Positions 42,654 to 53,463 of a stretch of DNA of 64,000 bases are shown one piece after another. The position numbers and the translations under genes were made by a program. Numbering within the stretch: the stretch's first letter is position 1; every line of letters begins with the position of its first letter. Source of the stretch: Chloroflexota bacterium (GTDB lineage Bacteria; Chloroflexota; Dehalococcoidia; JACQUO01); contig JACQUO010000029.1 in the NCBI GenBank assembly GCA_016210205.1, forward strand, positions 11,197 to 75,196, written 5' to 3'. Under the pieces are notes generated by a model. The model made no database searches. It saw only the letters and a program-made list of their open reading frames with translations, and had not been told where the DNA came from.

Positions 42654-42680
42654 TCCGTCTCAGGGGAGGCGGATTTTTTT
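42654..42680 (+). terminator. Terminator-like hairpin + T7 tract in the ilvD leader (possible attenuator)
   Basis: An 8-bp stem, tccgtctc / gaggcgga (one G-U pair), with loop aggg, is followed by ttttttt. It ends 39 nt before the ilvD ATG. There is no upstream plus-strand gene for it to terminate. Confidence 0.45.
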
Positions 42681-42719
42681 CCTTCGCGCTAACTAATCGT
42701 AAAATCAGCGAGCGAAGCC

Positions 42720-44396
42720 ATGAGAAGCGACATCATGAAGCGAGGCCTAGAGCGAGCGCCCCACCGCGCCCTGCTTCGGGCCCTGGGGTGCACCACCCAG
42801 GAGATAGACCAGCCCTTCGTGGGCGTCATCAACACCTTCACGGAGGTGGTCCCGGGGCACCTCCACCTCCGCAGCCTGGCGGAGGCCGTCAAAGCCGGCG
42901 TTCGCAGCGCCGGGGGCACCCCCTTTGAGGTCAACACCATCGCCGTCTGCGACGGCCTGGCCATGAACCATCCGGGTATGCGCTTCTCTCTCCCCAGCCG
43001 CGAGCTCATCGCCGACTCCATCGAAATCCTGGCCCAGGCCCACGCCTTCGACGCCCTGGCCATGGTCACCAACTGCGACAAAATCATCCCCGGCATGCTC
43101 ATGGCCGCGGTGCGCCTCAACCTCCCCACCATCCTGGTCAGCGGCGGCCCCATGCTGGCGGGCCGCAGGGGAGGCGAGGGCCAAGGGGAGGCGGTGGACC
43201 TCTCCACCATGTTCGAGGCCGTGGGCAAGGTCTCCAGCGAGAAGATGACCCTGGAGGAGCTGGAGGAGCTGGAGGAGCTGGCCTGCCCCGGCTGCGGCTC
43301 CTGCGCCGGCCTCTTCACCGCCAACACTATGAACTGCCTCACCGAGGGCCTGGGGATGGGACTCCCCGGCCATGGCACCGTCCCGGCGGTGGACGCCGCC
43401 CGAATTCGTCTGGCCAAGGAAGCGGGGAGCCAAATCATGGCCCTGCTGGCGCGAGACCTCCGCCCCCGCGACATCATCACCGCGGAGGCCATCCACAACG
43501 CCCTGGCCCTGGACATGGCCCTGGGGGGCAGCACCAACTCAGTGCTGCACCTGGCGGCCCTGGCCCACGAGGCCGGCCTCCCCTTCTCCCTAGAGGCCAT
43601 CAACCGCATTAGCGAAGCCACGCCCCATCTGGCTAAAATCAGCCCCTCGGGCCACCACCACATGGAGGACCTCCACCTGGCCGGGGGTGTTCCGGCAGTG
43701 ATGAAGGAGCTGGGCGACCTGCTGCATCAGGATGTCCTCACCGTCACCGGCCGGACCCTGGGGGAGAACCTGGCCACGGCCCGGGTCAGAGACCGAAATG
43801 TCATCCGTTCCCGGAACAAGCCTTATAGCGAAAGGGGCGGGCTGGCCGTCCTCTTCGGCAACCTGGCCCCTCAAGGAGCAGTGGTGAAGCGGGGGGCGGT
43901 GGACCGAGCCATGATGGTGCACAGGGGCCCGGCCCGGGTGTATAATTCCGAGGAAGAGGCCACCCGGGGCATCATGAGCCGTCCTCCTCAGGCCGGGGAA
44001 GTGCTGGTCATCCGCTATGAGGGCCCCCGGGGAGGGCCGGGGATGCCCGAGATGCTCTCCGCCACTTCCCTTCTCAGCGGCATGGGCCGGGATGATAAGG
44101 TGGCCCTCATCACCGACGGCCGCTTCTCCGGGGCCACCCGGGGGGCCGCCATCGGACATGTCTCCCCCGAGGCCGCGGCAGGGGGGCCCATCGCCGCCCT
44201 CCAGGATGGAGATGAAATCAGCATCAACATCCCTAAAGGCGAGCTGGAGGTAGCCCTCACTAAGAGGCAGCTGGCAGAGCGCCTGGCCGCCCTGCCTCCT
44301 TTCAAGTCGCGGGCGACCAGCGGATATCTAAAACGATATGTAGAGATGGTCTCCTCCGCCAACCTGGGGGCCGTTTTTCTCAGCGAGGCCAAATAG
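42720..44396 (+). CDS. ilvD: Dihydroxy-acid dehydratase
   Basis: 558 aa. [12 protein letters not shown]..., CDKIIPGM and [12 protein letters not shown] are typical of IlvD. Confidence 0.95.
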   Translation: MRSDIMKRGLERAPHRALLRALGCTTQEIDQPFVGVINTFTEVVPGHLHLRSLAEAVKAGVRSAGGTPFEVNTIAVCDGLAMNHPGMRFSLPSRELIADSIEILAQAHAFDALAMVTNCDKIIPGMLMAAVRLNLPTILVSGGPMLAGRRGGEGQGEAVDLSTMFEAVGKVSSEKMTLEELEELEELACPGCGSCAGLFTANTMNCLTEGLGMGLPGHGTVPAVDAARIRLAKEAGSQIMALLARDLRPRDIITAEAIHNALALDMALGGSTNSVLHLAALAHEAGLPFSLEAINRISEATPHLAKISPSGHHHMEDLHLAGGVPAVMKELGDLLHQDVLTVTGRTLGENLATARVRDRNVIRSRNKPYSERGGLAVLFGNLAPQGAVVKRGAVDRAMMVHRGPARVYNSEEEATRGIMSRPPQAGEVLVIRYEGPRGGPGMPEMLSATSLLSGMGRDDKVALITDGRFSGATRGAAIGHVSPEAAAGGPIAALQDGDEISINIPKGELEVALTKRQLAERLAALPPFKSRATSGYLKRYVEMVSSANLGAVFLSEAK

Positions 44397-44397
44397 A

Positions 44398-46086
44398 ATG
44401 AAGCTATCTGGGGCTAATATCTTGTGTCAATCCCTTCTCAAGGAAGGGGTGGAGGTCATCTTCGGCTTCCCCGGCGGGGTGGTGCTGCCCTTCTACGATG
44501 CGCTGCCCCAGTACCCCCAGCTCCGCCACATCCTGGTGCGCCACGAGCAGGGCGCGGCCCACGCCGCCGATGGCTACGCCCGGGTCACGGGTAAGGTAGG
44601 GGTCTGCCTGGCCACCTCGGGGCCGGGGGCCGCCAACCTGGTGACGGGGATTGCCAACGCCTACATGGACTCGGTGCCCCTGCTGGCCATCACCGGCCAG
44701 GTGGCCCGTCCCTTCATCGGCAAGGACGCCTTCCAGGAGACGGACATCACCGGCATTACCCTGCCCATCACCAAGCAGAACTATCTGGTGCTACGGGCTC
44801 AGGACATCGCCCAGGTGGTGAAGGAGGCCTTCCACATCGCCCTCACCGGCCGGCCCGGCCCGGTGCTCCTCGACATCCCCCGGGATGTCTTCTTGGAGGA
44901 GGCCGAGTTCAACTATCCGGAGAAGATAAATCTGCCCGGCTATAAGCCCACCTATCAGGGCCATCCCACCCAGATTAAGAAGGCGGCCAAGCTCATCAAT
45001 GAGGCCCAGCGCCCGGTAATCCTGGCAGGCCACGGCATCATCCTCTCCGGCGCCTACGACGAACTGAAGGAGCTGGCGGAGAAGGCCCAGATACCCGTGG
45101 TCTTCACCCTCCTGGGCCTGAGCTCCTTCCCCGGACAGCACTACCTCAGCCTGGGCATGCTGGGGATGCACGGTTTGGCCTACGCCAACCTGGCGGTGTG
45201 CGAGGCTGACCTCCTCATCGCCATAGGCATGCGCTTCGACGACCGGGTCACGGGCCGGGTGGCAGACTTCGCCCCTAAAGCCCAAATCATCCACATGGAC
45301 ATCGACCCCGCGGAGATAGGGAAGAACGTCCGGGTGCAGGTACCCATCGTGGGGGATATCAAACACATCCTCAAAGACCTCAACCCGCAAATAGAGCGGC
45401 GCGTCCGGCGGGAGTGGCTCCGCCAGGTGGACCAGTGGCGCCACGAGCACCCCTCCCTGGCCATCCGGGAGACGGACCAGGTCTTGCCCCAGTATGTGGT
45501 GAAAAGCATCCATCAGGTCACCGGGGGCAACGCCACCATCGTCACCGGCGTGGGCCAGCACCAGATGTGGGCCGCCCAGCACTATATCTATGACAAACCC
45601 AACAGCCTCGTCTCCTCTGGGGGCCTGGGCACCATGGGCTTCGAGCTGCCCGCGGCCATCGGGGCCCAGGTGGGCCTGCCCGGGGAGACCGTCTGGGCCA
45701 TCTGCGGCGACGGCGGCTTCCAGATGACCCTCCAGGAGCTGGCCACCGTGGTGCAGGAGAACCTCCCCGTGAAGCTAGCCATCATGAACAACGGCTATTT
45801 GGGCATGGTGCGGCAATGGCAGGAGCTCTTCTACAACCGGCGCTATGTGGCCACCCCCCTGGCCGGGCCCGACTTCGTGAAAATCGCGGAGGCCTACGGC
45901 ATCCCCGGCCGCCGGGTGACCAGCAAAGCTCAAGTCATCCCCGCCATCCAGGAGGCCCAGAGCCACCCCGGCCCCATGCTCATCGACTTCCAAATTGAGC
46001 CTGAGGAGAATGTCTTCCCCATGGTGCCCATGGGGGCTGCCCTCCATGAGCAGTTGCAAGGCCAGCCCCAAAAGGTGAAGAAGTGA
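44398..46086 (+). CDS. ilvB: Acetolactate synthase, large (catalytic) subunit
   Basis: 562 aa ThDP enzyme: GGLGTMGFELPAAIGA...GDGGFQMT...NNGYLGMVRQWQ. Confidence 0.95.
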   Translation: MKLSGANILCQSLLKEGVEVIFGFPGGVVLPFYDALPQYPQLRHILVRHEQGAAHAADGYARVTGKVGVCLATSGPGAANLVTGIANAYMDSVPLLAITGQVARPFIGKDAFQETDITGITLPITKQNYLVLRAQDIAQVVKEAFHIALTGRPGPVLLDIPRDVFLEEAEFNYPEKINLPGYKPTYQGHPTQIKKAAKLINEAQRPVILAGHGIILSGAYDELKELAEKAQIPVVFTLLGLSSFPGQHYLSLGMLGMHGLAYANLAVCEADLLIAIGMRFDDRVTGRVADFAPKAQIIHMDIDPAEIGKNVRVQVPIVGDIKHILKDLNPQIERRVRREWLRQVDQWRHEHPSLAIRETDQVLPQYVVKSIHQVTGGNATIVTGVGQHQMWAAQHYIYDKPNSLVSSGGLGTMGFELPAAIGAQVGLPGETVWAICGDGGFQMTLQELATVVQENLPVKLAIMNNGYLGMVRQWQELFYNRRYVATPLAGPDFVKIAEAYGIPGRRVTSKAQVIPAIQEAQSHPGPMLIDFQIEPEENVFPMVPMGAALHEQLQGQPQKVKK

Positions 46087-46649
46087 AGCACACCATCGTC
46101 GCCCTGGTGGAAGACCGGCCCGGCGTCCTCAACCGGGTGTCCAGCCTCTTCCGTCGCCGTGGCTTCAATATCGAGAGCATCGCCGTGGGCCACTCCGAGA
46201 CCCCCGGCTTCTCCCGCATGACCATGATGGTGGACGGAGACACCACGGATGTGGACCAGGTGACCAAGCAGCTCTACAAGCTCATCGATGTCCTTAAAGT
46301 CTCCGACATCACCAGGGAGGACATCGTGGCCCGGGAGCTGGCCCTCATCAAGGTTCGGGCCACCGCCGCCACCCGCAGCGAGATTATCCAGATTGTGGAT
46401 ATCTTCCGGGCCAACATCGTGGATGTGGCCCCGGACTCCCTCATCATCGAGGTCACGGGGGACGAGGACAAGCTGGACTCCCTGGTCCGCCTGCTCAAGG
46501 GCTTTGGCATCAAGGAGCTGGCCCGCACCGGCCGCATCGCCATGAGCCGGGGCCAGGCCGGCGTCCTCATCCCTGAGGAGAGACCCACGCCTTCCGCCCC
46601 GCCCCCGCGGGGCCGCAAGCTGCCCCAGTCGCGGGAGGTGACCCCTTAA
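46083..46649 (+). CDS. ilvN: Acetolactate synthase, small (regulatory) subunit
   Basis: 188 aa with an ACT domain, HTIVALVEDRPGVLNRVSSLFRRRGFNIESIAVG. It overlaps the ilvB stop. Confidence 0.92.
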   Translation: MKHTIVALVEDRPGVLNRVSSLFRRRGFNIESIAVGHSETPGFSRMTMMVDGDTTDVDQVTKQLYKLIDVLKVSDITREDIVARELALIKVRATAATRSEIIQIVDIFRANIVDVAPDSLIIEVTGDEDKLDSLVRLLKGFGIKELARTGRIAMSRGQAGVLIPEERPTPSAPPPRGRKLPQSREVTP

Positions 46650-46736
46650 CAGACTGCTGAAAAGGGGAGTGCAGAGGGGCAAAAGAGGTTTTTCAGCACT
46701 CTGCTCAAGACTGCACCCATTAAAGGACGGCTCAAG

Positions 46737-47720
46737 ATGTATTACGACCAAGACGCCGATATCAACCTCCTGACGGGCAAGACCCTGGGCATCATAGGAT
46801 ACGGGAGCCAGGGCCAGGCCCATGCCCTGAACCTCAAGGACAGCGGCCTTAAGGTCATGGTGGGGCTCAGGGAAGGAGGCCCCAGCTGGAAACGGGCCAA
46901 GGGGGCCGGGCTCGCCGTGGCCCCGGTGGCCCGGGTGACCCAAGAGGCCCAGCTCCTGGCCATGCTGCTGCCCGACCAGGCCCACCGGGAGGTCTACCTG
47001 GAAAGCATCGCCCCCCACCTCAAGGCCGGCCAAAGCCTGCTCTTCGCCCACGGCTTCAACATCCACTACGGGCAGGTCGTGCCCCCCGACGGGGTGGATG
47101 TCATCATGGTGGCGCCCAAGTGCCCCGGGCCGCTGCTCCGCCGCACCTACACCGAGGGCAAGGGCGCGCCCGCCCTAGTGGCGGTGCACCAGGATGCCTC
47201 CGGCCAGGCCCTGGCCACCGCCCTGGCTTACGCCAAGGGCCTGGGCTGCACCCGGGCCGGTGTGTTGGAGACCACCTTCGCCGAGGAGACGGAGACGGAC
47301 CTCTTCGGGGAGCAGGCGGTCCTGTGCGGGGGCGTCTCGGCCCTGGTCAAGGCGGGGTTCGAGACCCTGGTGGAGGCGGGCTATCAGCCGGAATTGGCCT
47401 ATTTCGAGTGCCTGCATGAGCTCAAGCTCATCGTGGACATGATTTACCAGGGCGGCCTCACCTACATGCGCCAGGCCGTGAGCGACACCGCAGAGTATGG
47501 GGACTACACCGCCGGCCCCCGCCTCATTGACGAGGATGTGCATGACACCATGCGCCAAATCCTGGCGGACATCCAGGACGGCACCTTCGCCAAGGAGTGG
47601 ATACTGGAGAACCAGGCGGGCCGCCCTTCGTTCAACGCCATGCGCCGCCAGGAGAAGGAGCACCTCATTGAAGAGGTGGGGGCGGAGCTCCGGGCCATGA
47701 TGCCCTGGCTCAAGGGCTAG
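46737..47720 (+). CDS. ilvC: Ketol-acid reductoisomerase
   Basis: 327 aa: [19 protein letters not shown]...[11 protein letters not shown]. Confidence 0.95.
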   Translation: MYYDQDADINLLTGKTLGIIGYGSQGQAHALNLKDSGLKVMVGLREGGPSWKRAKGAGLAVAPVARVTQEAQLLAMLLPDQAHREVYLESIAPHLKAGQSLLFAHGFNIHYGQVVPPDGVDVIMVAPKCPGPLLRRTYTEGKGAPALVAVHQDASGQALATALAYAKGLGCTRAGVLETTFAEETETDLFGEQAVLCGGVSALVKAGFETLVEAGYQPELAYFECLHELKLIVDMIYQGGLTYMRQAVSDTAEYGDYTAGPRLIDEDVHDTMRQILADIQDGTFAKEWILENQAGRPSFNAMRRQEKEHLIEEVGAELRAMMPWLKG

Positions 47721-47743
47721 GCGGCTAGAAACGCGGCACAGCC

Positions 47744-49273
47744 ATGGATAAGGTCATCATCTTCGACACCACGCTGCGGGACGGGGAGCAGACCCCCGGG
47801 GCCGCCCTCAACATCGAGGAGAAGCTGGAGATTGCCCAGCAACTGGAGCGCCTGGGCGTGGATGTCATCGAGGCCGGCTTCCCCATCTCCTCCTCGGGCG
47901 ACTTCGAGGCGGTGCGCCGCATCGCCCGGGAGGTGCGCCGCCCCACCATCTGCGCCCTGGCCCACGCCAACGCCGAAGCCGTGGACCGGGCCTGGGAGGC
48001 CCTCCACGGCGCCCAGAAGCCCCGCATCCATGTCTTCCTCTCCTCCTCGGACATCCACCTGGTGCACCAGCTCAAAAAGAGCCGTGGCGAGATGCTGGAG
48101 CTGGCCCGCGACATGGTGGCCCGGGCCAAGTCCTATACTCCTGATGTGGAATTCTCCCCCATGGACGCCACCCGCTCTGACCCGGCCTTCATCTACCAGA
48201 TACTCCAGGCTGTGATTGAGGCGGGGGCCACCACGGTGAACATCCCGGACACCGTGGGGTATACCATGCCGGGGGAGTTCAGTCGCTTCATCAAGAGCGT
48301 CTTCCAGGAGGTGCCCAACATCGATCGCGCGGTGGTGAGCGTCCACTGCCACAACGACCTGGGCCTGGCGGTGGCCAACTCCCTGGCCGCCATCGAGGCC
48401 GGGGCCCGCCAGGTGGAGTGCACCATCAACGGCCTGGGGGAGCGGGCCGGCAACGCCGCCCTGGAGGAGATTGTGATGTCCCTGGCCACCCGGAAGGACC
48501 TCTACAACCTCACCACGGGCATCGACACCGCACAAATCTACCGCACCAGCCGCCTGGTGAGCGAGGTGCTGGGATTCGGCGTCCAGCCCAATAAGGCCAT
48601 CGTGGGCGCCAACGCCTTCCGGCATGCCTCAGGCATCCACCAGGACGGCGTCCTCAAAGAACGTACCACCTATGAAATCATCGACCCCAAGGCCGTGGGG
48701 GTCACCGGCCAGTCCATCGTCCTGGGCAAGCTCTCTGGCCGCCACGGCCTCAAGCGCCGCCTGGAGGAGTTGGGCTACAAGCTCTCGGATGAAGACCACG
48801 ACCGCGTCTATCTCGCCTTCAAAGAGCTGGCCGACAAGAAGCGGGAGGTCTTAGACCGAGACCTGGAGGCCATTGTGGGGGAGGAGATGCGCTCCTTCAC
48901 CGAAGTCTATCACCTGGACCACCTCCAGGTCTCCTGCGGCGATAAAAGCGTCCCCACCGCCACGGTGCGCCTCATCTCCCCCACGGGCCAGGTGCTGGAG
49001 GACGCCACCCTGGGCACCGGCCCGGTGGACGCCGTATATAAGGCCATCAACCGCCTGGTGGGCGTGCCCAACAATCTCATCGAGTTCAGCGTCCAGGCCG
49101 CCACGGAGGGCATCGACGCCATCGGCGAGGTCACGGTGCGCATCGAGGGCGACGGCAAGACCTTCATGGGCCGAGGCGCCTCCACAGACATCATCGTGGC
49201 CTCCGCCAAGGCCTATATGCACGCCTTAAACCGCCTGCTCACCGCCAGGGAAGCCGACAAGAAGCCCAAATAG
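47744..49273 (+). CDS. leuA: 2-isopropylmalate synthase
   Basis: 509 aa: [14 protein letters not shown]...[16 protein letters not shown]..., with a C-terminal LeuA dimerisation/regulatory domain. Confidence 0.93.
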   Translation: MDKVIIFDTTLRDGEQTPGAALNIEEKLEIAQQLERLGVDVIEAGFPISSSGDFEAVRRIAREVRRPTICALAHANAEAVDRAWEALHGAQKPRIHVFLSSSDIHLVHQLKKSRGEMLELARDMVARAKSYTPDVEFSPMDATRSDPAFIYQILQAVIEAGATTVNIPDTVGYTMPGEFSRFIKSVFQEVPNIDRAVVSVHCHNDLGLAVANSLAAIEAGARQVECTINGLGERAGNAALEEIVMSLATRKDLYNLTTGIDTAQIYRTSRLVSEVLGFGVQPNKAIVGANAFRHASGIHQDGVLKERTTYEIIDPKAVGVTGQSIVLGKLSGRHGLKRRLEELGYKLSDEDHDRVYLAFKELADKKREVLDRDLEAIVGEEMRSFTEVYHLDHLQVSCGDKSVPTATVRLISPTGQVLEDATLGTGPVDAVYKAINRLVGVPNNLIEFSVQAATEGIDAIGEVTVRIEGDGKTFMGRGASTDIIVASAKAYMHALNRLLTAREADKKPK

Positions 49274-49317
49274 GGCCCACAGGGGACGGCGGGCCGTCCT
49301 CCTAGAAAGAGTCAACC

Positions 49318-49932
49318 ATGATACGCACCACCGACCTCACCGGACTCAACCCCCAGAACTTCATCTACCCCAAGACCCTGGCAGTGATTACCGCCGCGGC
49401 GGGGGGGCGACAGAACGCCATGACCGCCGCCTGGTACACCACCATGTCCGCCGCGCCGCCCCTGGTGGGGGTGGCCATCCACCCCCGGCGCTACACCTAC
49501 GAGCTCATCCTGGACTCAGGCGAGTTCGGCGTGGCCTTCCTCCCCCTGGAGTCGGCCCATCTCTACGCCGCCCTGGGGGCCAGCCGCGGCCGGGAGATGG
49601 ACAAGCTGGCCCACTTCAAAGTGGCCCTGGACTCCCCCCTCAAGACCAAGGCGCCCATCCTCTCCGCCGCCTACGCCAGCTACGAGTGCACGGTGCGGGA
49701 CCACCAGCGCTACGGGAGCCACGAGTGGTTCGTGGGCGAGATTGTGGCCCTCCATATCAAAGACGACCTCCTCACCCCCAGCCGCATCCTGGACCTAGAA
49801 AAGGTAAGCCCCGCCCTCTATCTGGGCGGCGATACCTACCTCACCCCAGACGGCAAGACCGCCCGCCACTTGGACCGGCGGCAATTCCAGCCGCCCACAG
49901 AGGCGCCGGCCACCCCCAGGGCCAGCAGCTGA
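49318..49932 (+). CDS. Flavin reductase-like (FMN-binding split-barrel) protein
   Basis: 204 aa: ...[40 protein letters not shown]... Confidence 0.8.
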   Translation: MIRTTDLTGLNPQNFIYPKTLAVITAAAGGRQNAMTAAWYTTMSAAPPLVGVAIHPRRYTYELILDSGEFGVAFLPLESAHLYAALGASRGREMDKLAHFKVALDSPLKTKAPILSAAYASYECTVRDHQRYGSHEWFVGEIVALHIKDDLLTPSRILDLEKVSPALYLGGDTYLTPDGKTARHLDRRQFQPPTEAPATPRASS

Positions 49933-50537
49933 TGAAAAAACCACCCCCCCGAGGCCGCGATGTCCAGGAGTCCCCTGGCGTGGACCAGGGGCGTATTGCC
50001 GCCGCCGTCGCCGCCATGATTAAGGCCATCGGGGAGGACCCCACCCGCGAGGGCCTGGTGGACACCCCGCAGCGCATCGCCGAGATGTATGTCGAGCTAT
50101 TCTCGGGCCTGGAGATGGACCCGGCCCAGGAGCTCTCCGTGGGCTTTGAAGAGGGCCATAACGAGATGGTCATCCTCAAGGACATCCCCTTCTACTCCAT
50201 GTGCGAGCACCACTTCCTCCCCTTCTACGGGGTGGCCCATGTGGGCTACATCCCCAACGGCCGGGTGGTGGGAGCCAGCAAGGTAGCCCGAGCCGTGGAA
50301 ATCCTGGCCCGCCGCCCCCAGCTCCAGGAGCGCCTCACTACCCAAATCGCCGACTCCATCCTGCGGGCCCTCCAGCCCAAGGGCGTGGCCGTGGTCATCC
50401 AGGCGGAGCACCTCTGCATGACCATGCGAGGCATCAAGAAACCCGGCAGCAATGTCATTACCTCCGCCACCCGCGGGCTCTTCCGGGCCAGGTCGGTGAC
50501 CCGGGCGGAGTTCCTCTCGCTCCTCCAAGGGAAATAG
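49932..50537 (+). CDS. folE: GTP cyclohydrolase I
   Basis: 201 aa from the ATG at 49932, which overlaps the previous stop by 1 nt. [19 protein letters not shown]...[10 protein letters not shown]...QERLT is typical of FolE. The longer ORF-track start at 49686 lies out of frame inside the preceding gene (49318-49932) and was not used. Confidence 0.92.
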   Translation: MKKPPPRGRDVQESPGVDQGRIAAAVAAMIKAIGEDPTREGLVDTPQRIAEMYVELFSGLEMDPAQELSVGFEEGHNEMVILKDIPFYSMCEHHFLPFYGVAHVGYIPNGRVVGASKVARAVEILARRPQLQERLTTQIADSILRALQPKGVAVVIQAEHLCMTMRGIKKPGSNVITSATRGLFRARSVTRAEFLSLLQGK

Positions 50538-50539
50538 AC

Positions 50540-51544
50540 ATGTCCTACCGTGTGCGAGAGGAGACCTTCGAGAGCATCGGCGAGGGCTGGCAGGGGCTTC
50601 TCCCCAACGCCGTCACCAACACCATCTTCATCACGCCCCTCTGGGCCAAGCTGTGGTGGGACGCCTTCGGCGAGGGAAGCCAGCTGCGCCTCTGGTCCCT
50701 GTGGCGCCACGAGCAGCTCCTGGGCATCGCCCCTTTGCGCCTGTCGCACGGGGAGCTGCGCTTCCTCGGCGACCCGCGGGTCTGCGACTACGGCGACTTC
50801 ATCGTGGCCCGGGGCGCCGAGGCCCACTTCTACCGCGCGCTTCTGGACCACCTGGAGCACTCGGGGTCCCTAAACCTGCACCTGCAGTCCGTCCCCGGCT
50901 ATTCCCCCACCCTTACCCTCCTCACCCAGCTCGCCCGCCTGCGCCGCCATCCCGTCTATCTGACCGTGGAGGATGTCTGCCCCCAGGTGGAGCTTCCGCC
51001 CACCTGGGAGCAATACCTCATGACCCTGACCAAGAAAGACCGCCACGAGCTCCGGCGCAAGCTGCGCCGGCTCCACGAGGAGCGGCAGGCCAACTACACC
51101 AGCCTGGAAGGCCCCGACTGCCTGGGCCAGAACCTGGACGACTTCCTGGCCCTGATGCGGCGTAGCCGACCCGACAAGGCGGCTTTCCTGGAACCTGACA
51201 TGGAGCGCTTCTTCCGCGCCATGGCCGCGGCCACCGCCAAGGAGAGCTACCTCCGCCTCTGCTTCCTGGAGATTGACGGCATCCGCACCGCCGCCTCCCT
51301 GGCCTTCGCCTATGACCGGGACATCCTCCTCTACAACAGCGGGTTCGACCCCTCTTACAGCGCCCTCAGCGTGGGCTGGCTGCAGAAGGCCCTCTGCCTG
51401 CGGGAGGCCCTGGAGTCGGGCAAGCACAAGTTCGACATGCTGCGGGGCGCCGAGGAGTACAAATACGACCTGGGGGGCAGAGACCTGCCCATCTTCCAGT
51501 GCTGGATTGGGAGAACCCCCAGCCCGGAGGAGCGCCAGCGATGA
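50540..51544 (+). CDS. GNAT-fold acetyltransferase of the CelD/BioF2-like (FemAB-related) type
   Basis: 334 aa from the ATG at 50540. ...LTKKDRHELRRKLRRL...FLEIDG..AASLAF....LLYNSGFDP.YSALSVG matches my recollection of that family. Confidence 0.7.
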   Translation: MSYRVREETFESIGEGWQGLLPNAVTNTIFITPLWAKLWWDAFGEGSQLRLWSLWRHEQLLGIAPLRLSHGELRFLGDPRVCDYGDFIVARGAEAHFYRALLDHLEHSGSLNLHLQSVPGYSPTLTLLTQLARLRRHPVYLTVEDVCPQVELPPTWEQYLMTLTKKDRHELRRKLRRLHEERQANYTSLEGPDCLGQNLDDFLALMRRSRPDKAAFLEPDMERFFRAMAAATAKESYLRLCFLEIDGIRTAASLAFAYDRDILLYNSGFDPSYSALSVGWLQKALCLREALESGKHKFDMLRGAEEYKYDLGGRDLPIFQCWIGRTPSPEERQR

Positions 51545-52746
51545 GAATCGCCGTCTTGAGCCTCCACGGCTGCCCCCTGGGGGAGATGGACGGGCTCTAT
51601 ATGGGGGGGATGCAGCTCTACATCCGCCACCTCACCCTGGAGCTGGACCGCCTGGGGGTGGAGATGGACATCTTCACCCGCCACCATCACCCCGACCTCC
51701 CCGCCATTGAGCCGATAGGAGAGCACAGCCGCGTCATACATCTGGAGGTGGGCGGCCAGGGCCCGGTCCTCAAAGAGAACCTCTACAACCTCATCCCGGA
51801 CTACCTGCATCAAATCACCACCTTCGGCCGGGGCCAGAGCTACGACCTCATCCACAGCCACTACTGGCTCTCCGCCCACGCTGGGGAGCGGCTCAAGCGG
51901 CGCTGGGGCCTGCCCCATGTCACCATGTTCCACAGCTTGGGCAAAATCAAACGCTGGGTAGGGGGCCAGGAAGCCGAGCTGGACCTGCGCATCGCCACGG
52001 AAATGGAAATCATGGACCAGGCGGACCTCATCATCGCCCCCACGATGCAGGAGCGGTGGCTGATGCAACACAGCTATCAGGCCCCGCTGGGGCGCATCGC
52101 CGTGTTGCCCTGCGGCGTGGACCTGGGCCATTTCCAGCCGGGAGACCAGGCCCAAGCCCGCCGCGAGCTGGGCCTGCCCCCGGGCCAGCACTTGCTCACC
52201 GTAGCCGGCCGCCTGGACTCGGTAAAACGGGCGGATTTCCTCCTCCAGGCCCTGGCCCTGGTGCAGGGCCCCAAAGACCTCCACCTCACGGTCATCGGCG
52301 GCATCCCCGGCAGCCCGGAGGTCAAGAAGCTGCAGCGCCTCACCCGTTCCCTGGGGCTGGCCGAGGCCGTCTCCTTCCTTGGCCCCGTGCCCCCAGAGCA
52401 GCTCCCCCGCTACTACCAGGCCGCGGACCTCTGTGTGGTGCCCTCTCGCTACGAGAGCTTCGGCATGGTGACCCTGGAGGCCCTGGCCTGCGGCATCCCC
52501 GTGGTGGCCACCCGGGCGGGCGGACTCATGACCACCGTCCAGCACGGACAGAACGGCTACCTGTTCCCGGGTCGCAGCCCTCACTCCCTGGCGCGGGCCA
52601 TCGAGGGCATCCTCGGCTCCGACTCCCGGCACCGGCGCTTCAGGCAGCAGGCCCGAGCCTCCGCCGCCCCTTACGCCTGGGACATCATCGCCCACCAGAT
52701 GCGTGACACCTATGACCGGCTGCTCCAAACTCGCCGTTGGGATTAG
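51541..52746 (+). CDS. Glycosyltransferase family 4 (GT-B, MshA/BshA-like)
   Basis: 401 aa from the ATG at 51541 (ATGA overlap with the previous gene). MRIAVLSLHGCPL...GGMQLYI...PSRYESFGMVTLEALACGIPVVATRAGG. Confidence 0.85.
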   Translation: MRIAVLSLHGCPLGEMDGLYMGGMQLYIRHLTLELDRLGVEMDIFTRHHHPDLPAIEPIGEHSRVIHLEVGGQGPVLKENLYNLIPDYLHQITTFGRGQSYDLIHSHYWLSAHAGERLKRRWGLPHVTMFHSLGKIKRWVGGQEAELDLRIATEMEIMDQADLIIAPTMQERWLMQHSYQAPLGRIAVLPCGVDLGHFQPGDQAQARRELGLPPGQHLLTVAGRLDSVKRADFLLQALALVQGPKDLHLTVIGGIPGSPEVKKLQRLTRSLGLAEAVSFLGPVPPEQLPRYYQAADLCVVPSRYESFGMVTLEALACGIPVVATRAGGLMTTVQHGQNGYLFPGRSPHSLARAIEGILGSDSRHRRFRQQARASAAPYAWDIIAHQMRDTYDRLLQTRRWD

Positions 52747-52855
52747 GCCCCAAAGAGCAAACCAGCCTTTCCCTTTTCGAGCGAGGTGCTAACCCCAGCG
52801 CCTCTTTTTCGTTATACAAGATGGCAGCAAACCAGACCCTGAAGCCTCTGGCAAC

Positions 52856-52884
52856 TTGACATCGCCCCACGGCAGTGGTATATT
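52856..52884 (+). promoter_or_regulatory. Sigma70-type promoter of the marR-efflux operon
   Basis: TTGACA (52856-52861) - 17 nt - TATATT (52879-52884). Confidence 0.6.
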
Positions 52885-52905
52885 TTCAAACCGAAAATAT
52901 ACCAC
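52875..52905. promoter_or_regulatory. Perfect 13-bp inverted repeat (probable MarR operator) overlapping the -10 box
   Basis: GTGGTATATTTTC aaacc GAAAATATACCAC, 11 nt upstream of the marR ATG. Confidence 0.7.
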
Positions 52906-52916
52906 TATGGAATATT

Positions 52917-53444
52917 ATGGCGACGCAACACCAGCACCATGATTACAGTGCCGAGCTCCTCCACATCGTGAAGGAGCTTATTCACAGCAAGAAGTATCTT
53001 CAGGAGTTTCTTCCGGAGGGCATGACCCCTCAGAGAGGGAATGCTTTACCCCAGCGCCCCAACAGCCTTCCCCTTGGGCCAGGCTTGTCCCTCTTCTTTC
53101 GGGTTAGCGTCATCCTCTCCGATACAGACAGCCCCACCATGAGCGAGCTCTCCACGGGCCTGGGGGTGCCCACCAGCACCGCCACCAGGATGGTGGACTG
53201 GCTGGAAGCTGTGGGCTTTATCCACAGGCTGGCCGACCCCCGAGACCGCCGGGTCGTCCGCGTGGTTTTAACCGACAAGGGCCGAGAGCTCCGTCAAGCC
53301 ATGGATGCTCGCATCCTGGAGCGCATCCACCAGGCCTTGGACTGCCTGAGCCCCGAAGAGCAAGTCAACCTCGTCACCCTGCTGCAAAAAGTAGCCTCAG
53401 CCTTATTAGTAGAAAGGTCAACGGTCACCCCTCGCCTCGAATGA
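52917..53444 (+). CDS. MarR-family transcriptional regulator
   Basis: 175 aa from the ATG at 52917, with a wHTH: PTMSELSTGLGVPTSTATRMVDWLEAVGFIHRLADPRDRRVVRVVLTDKGREL. Confidence 0.85.
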   Translation: MATQHQHHDYSAELLHIVKELIHSKKYLQEFLPEGMTPQRGNALPQRPNSLPLGPGLSLFFRVSVILSDTDSPTMSELSTGLGVPTSTATRMVDWLEAVGFIHRLADPRDRRVVRVVLTDKGRELRQAMDARILERIHQALDCLSPEEQVNLVTLLQKVASALLVERSTVTPRLE

Positions 53445-53463
53445 CCGCCCCTAAGGAGTAATC

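Noticed and set aside
42615-42692. A leader peptide, MLPLCKHIGQVLVSVSGEADFFPSR, for ilv attenuation.
   Set aside because: Its ATG lies inside the predicted promoter spacer, upstream of the likely transcription start. It has no RBS and contains only a weak VLVSV run rather than tandem regulatory codons.
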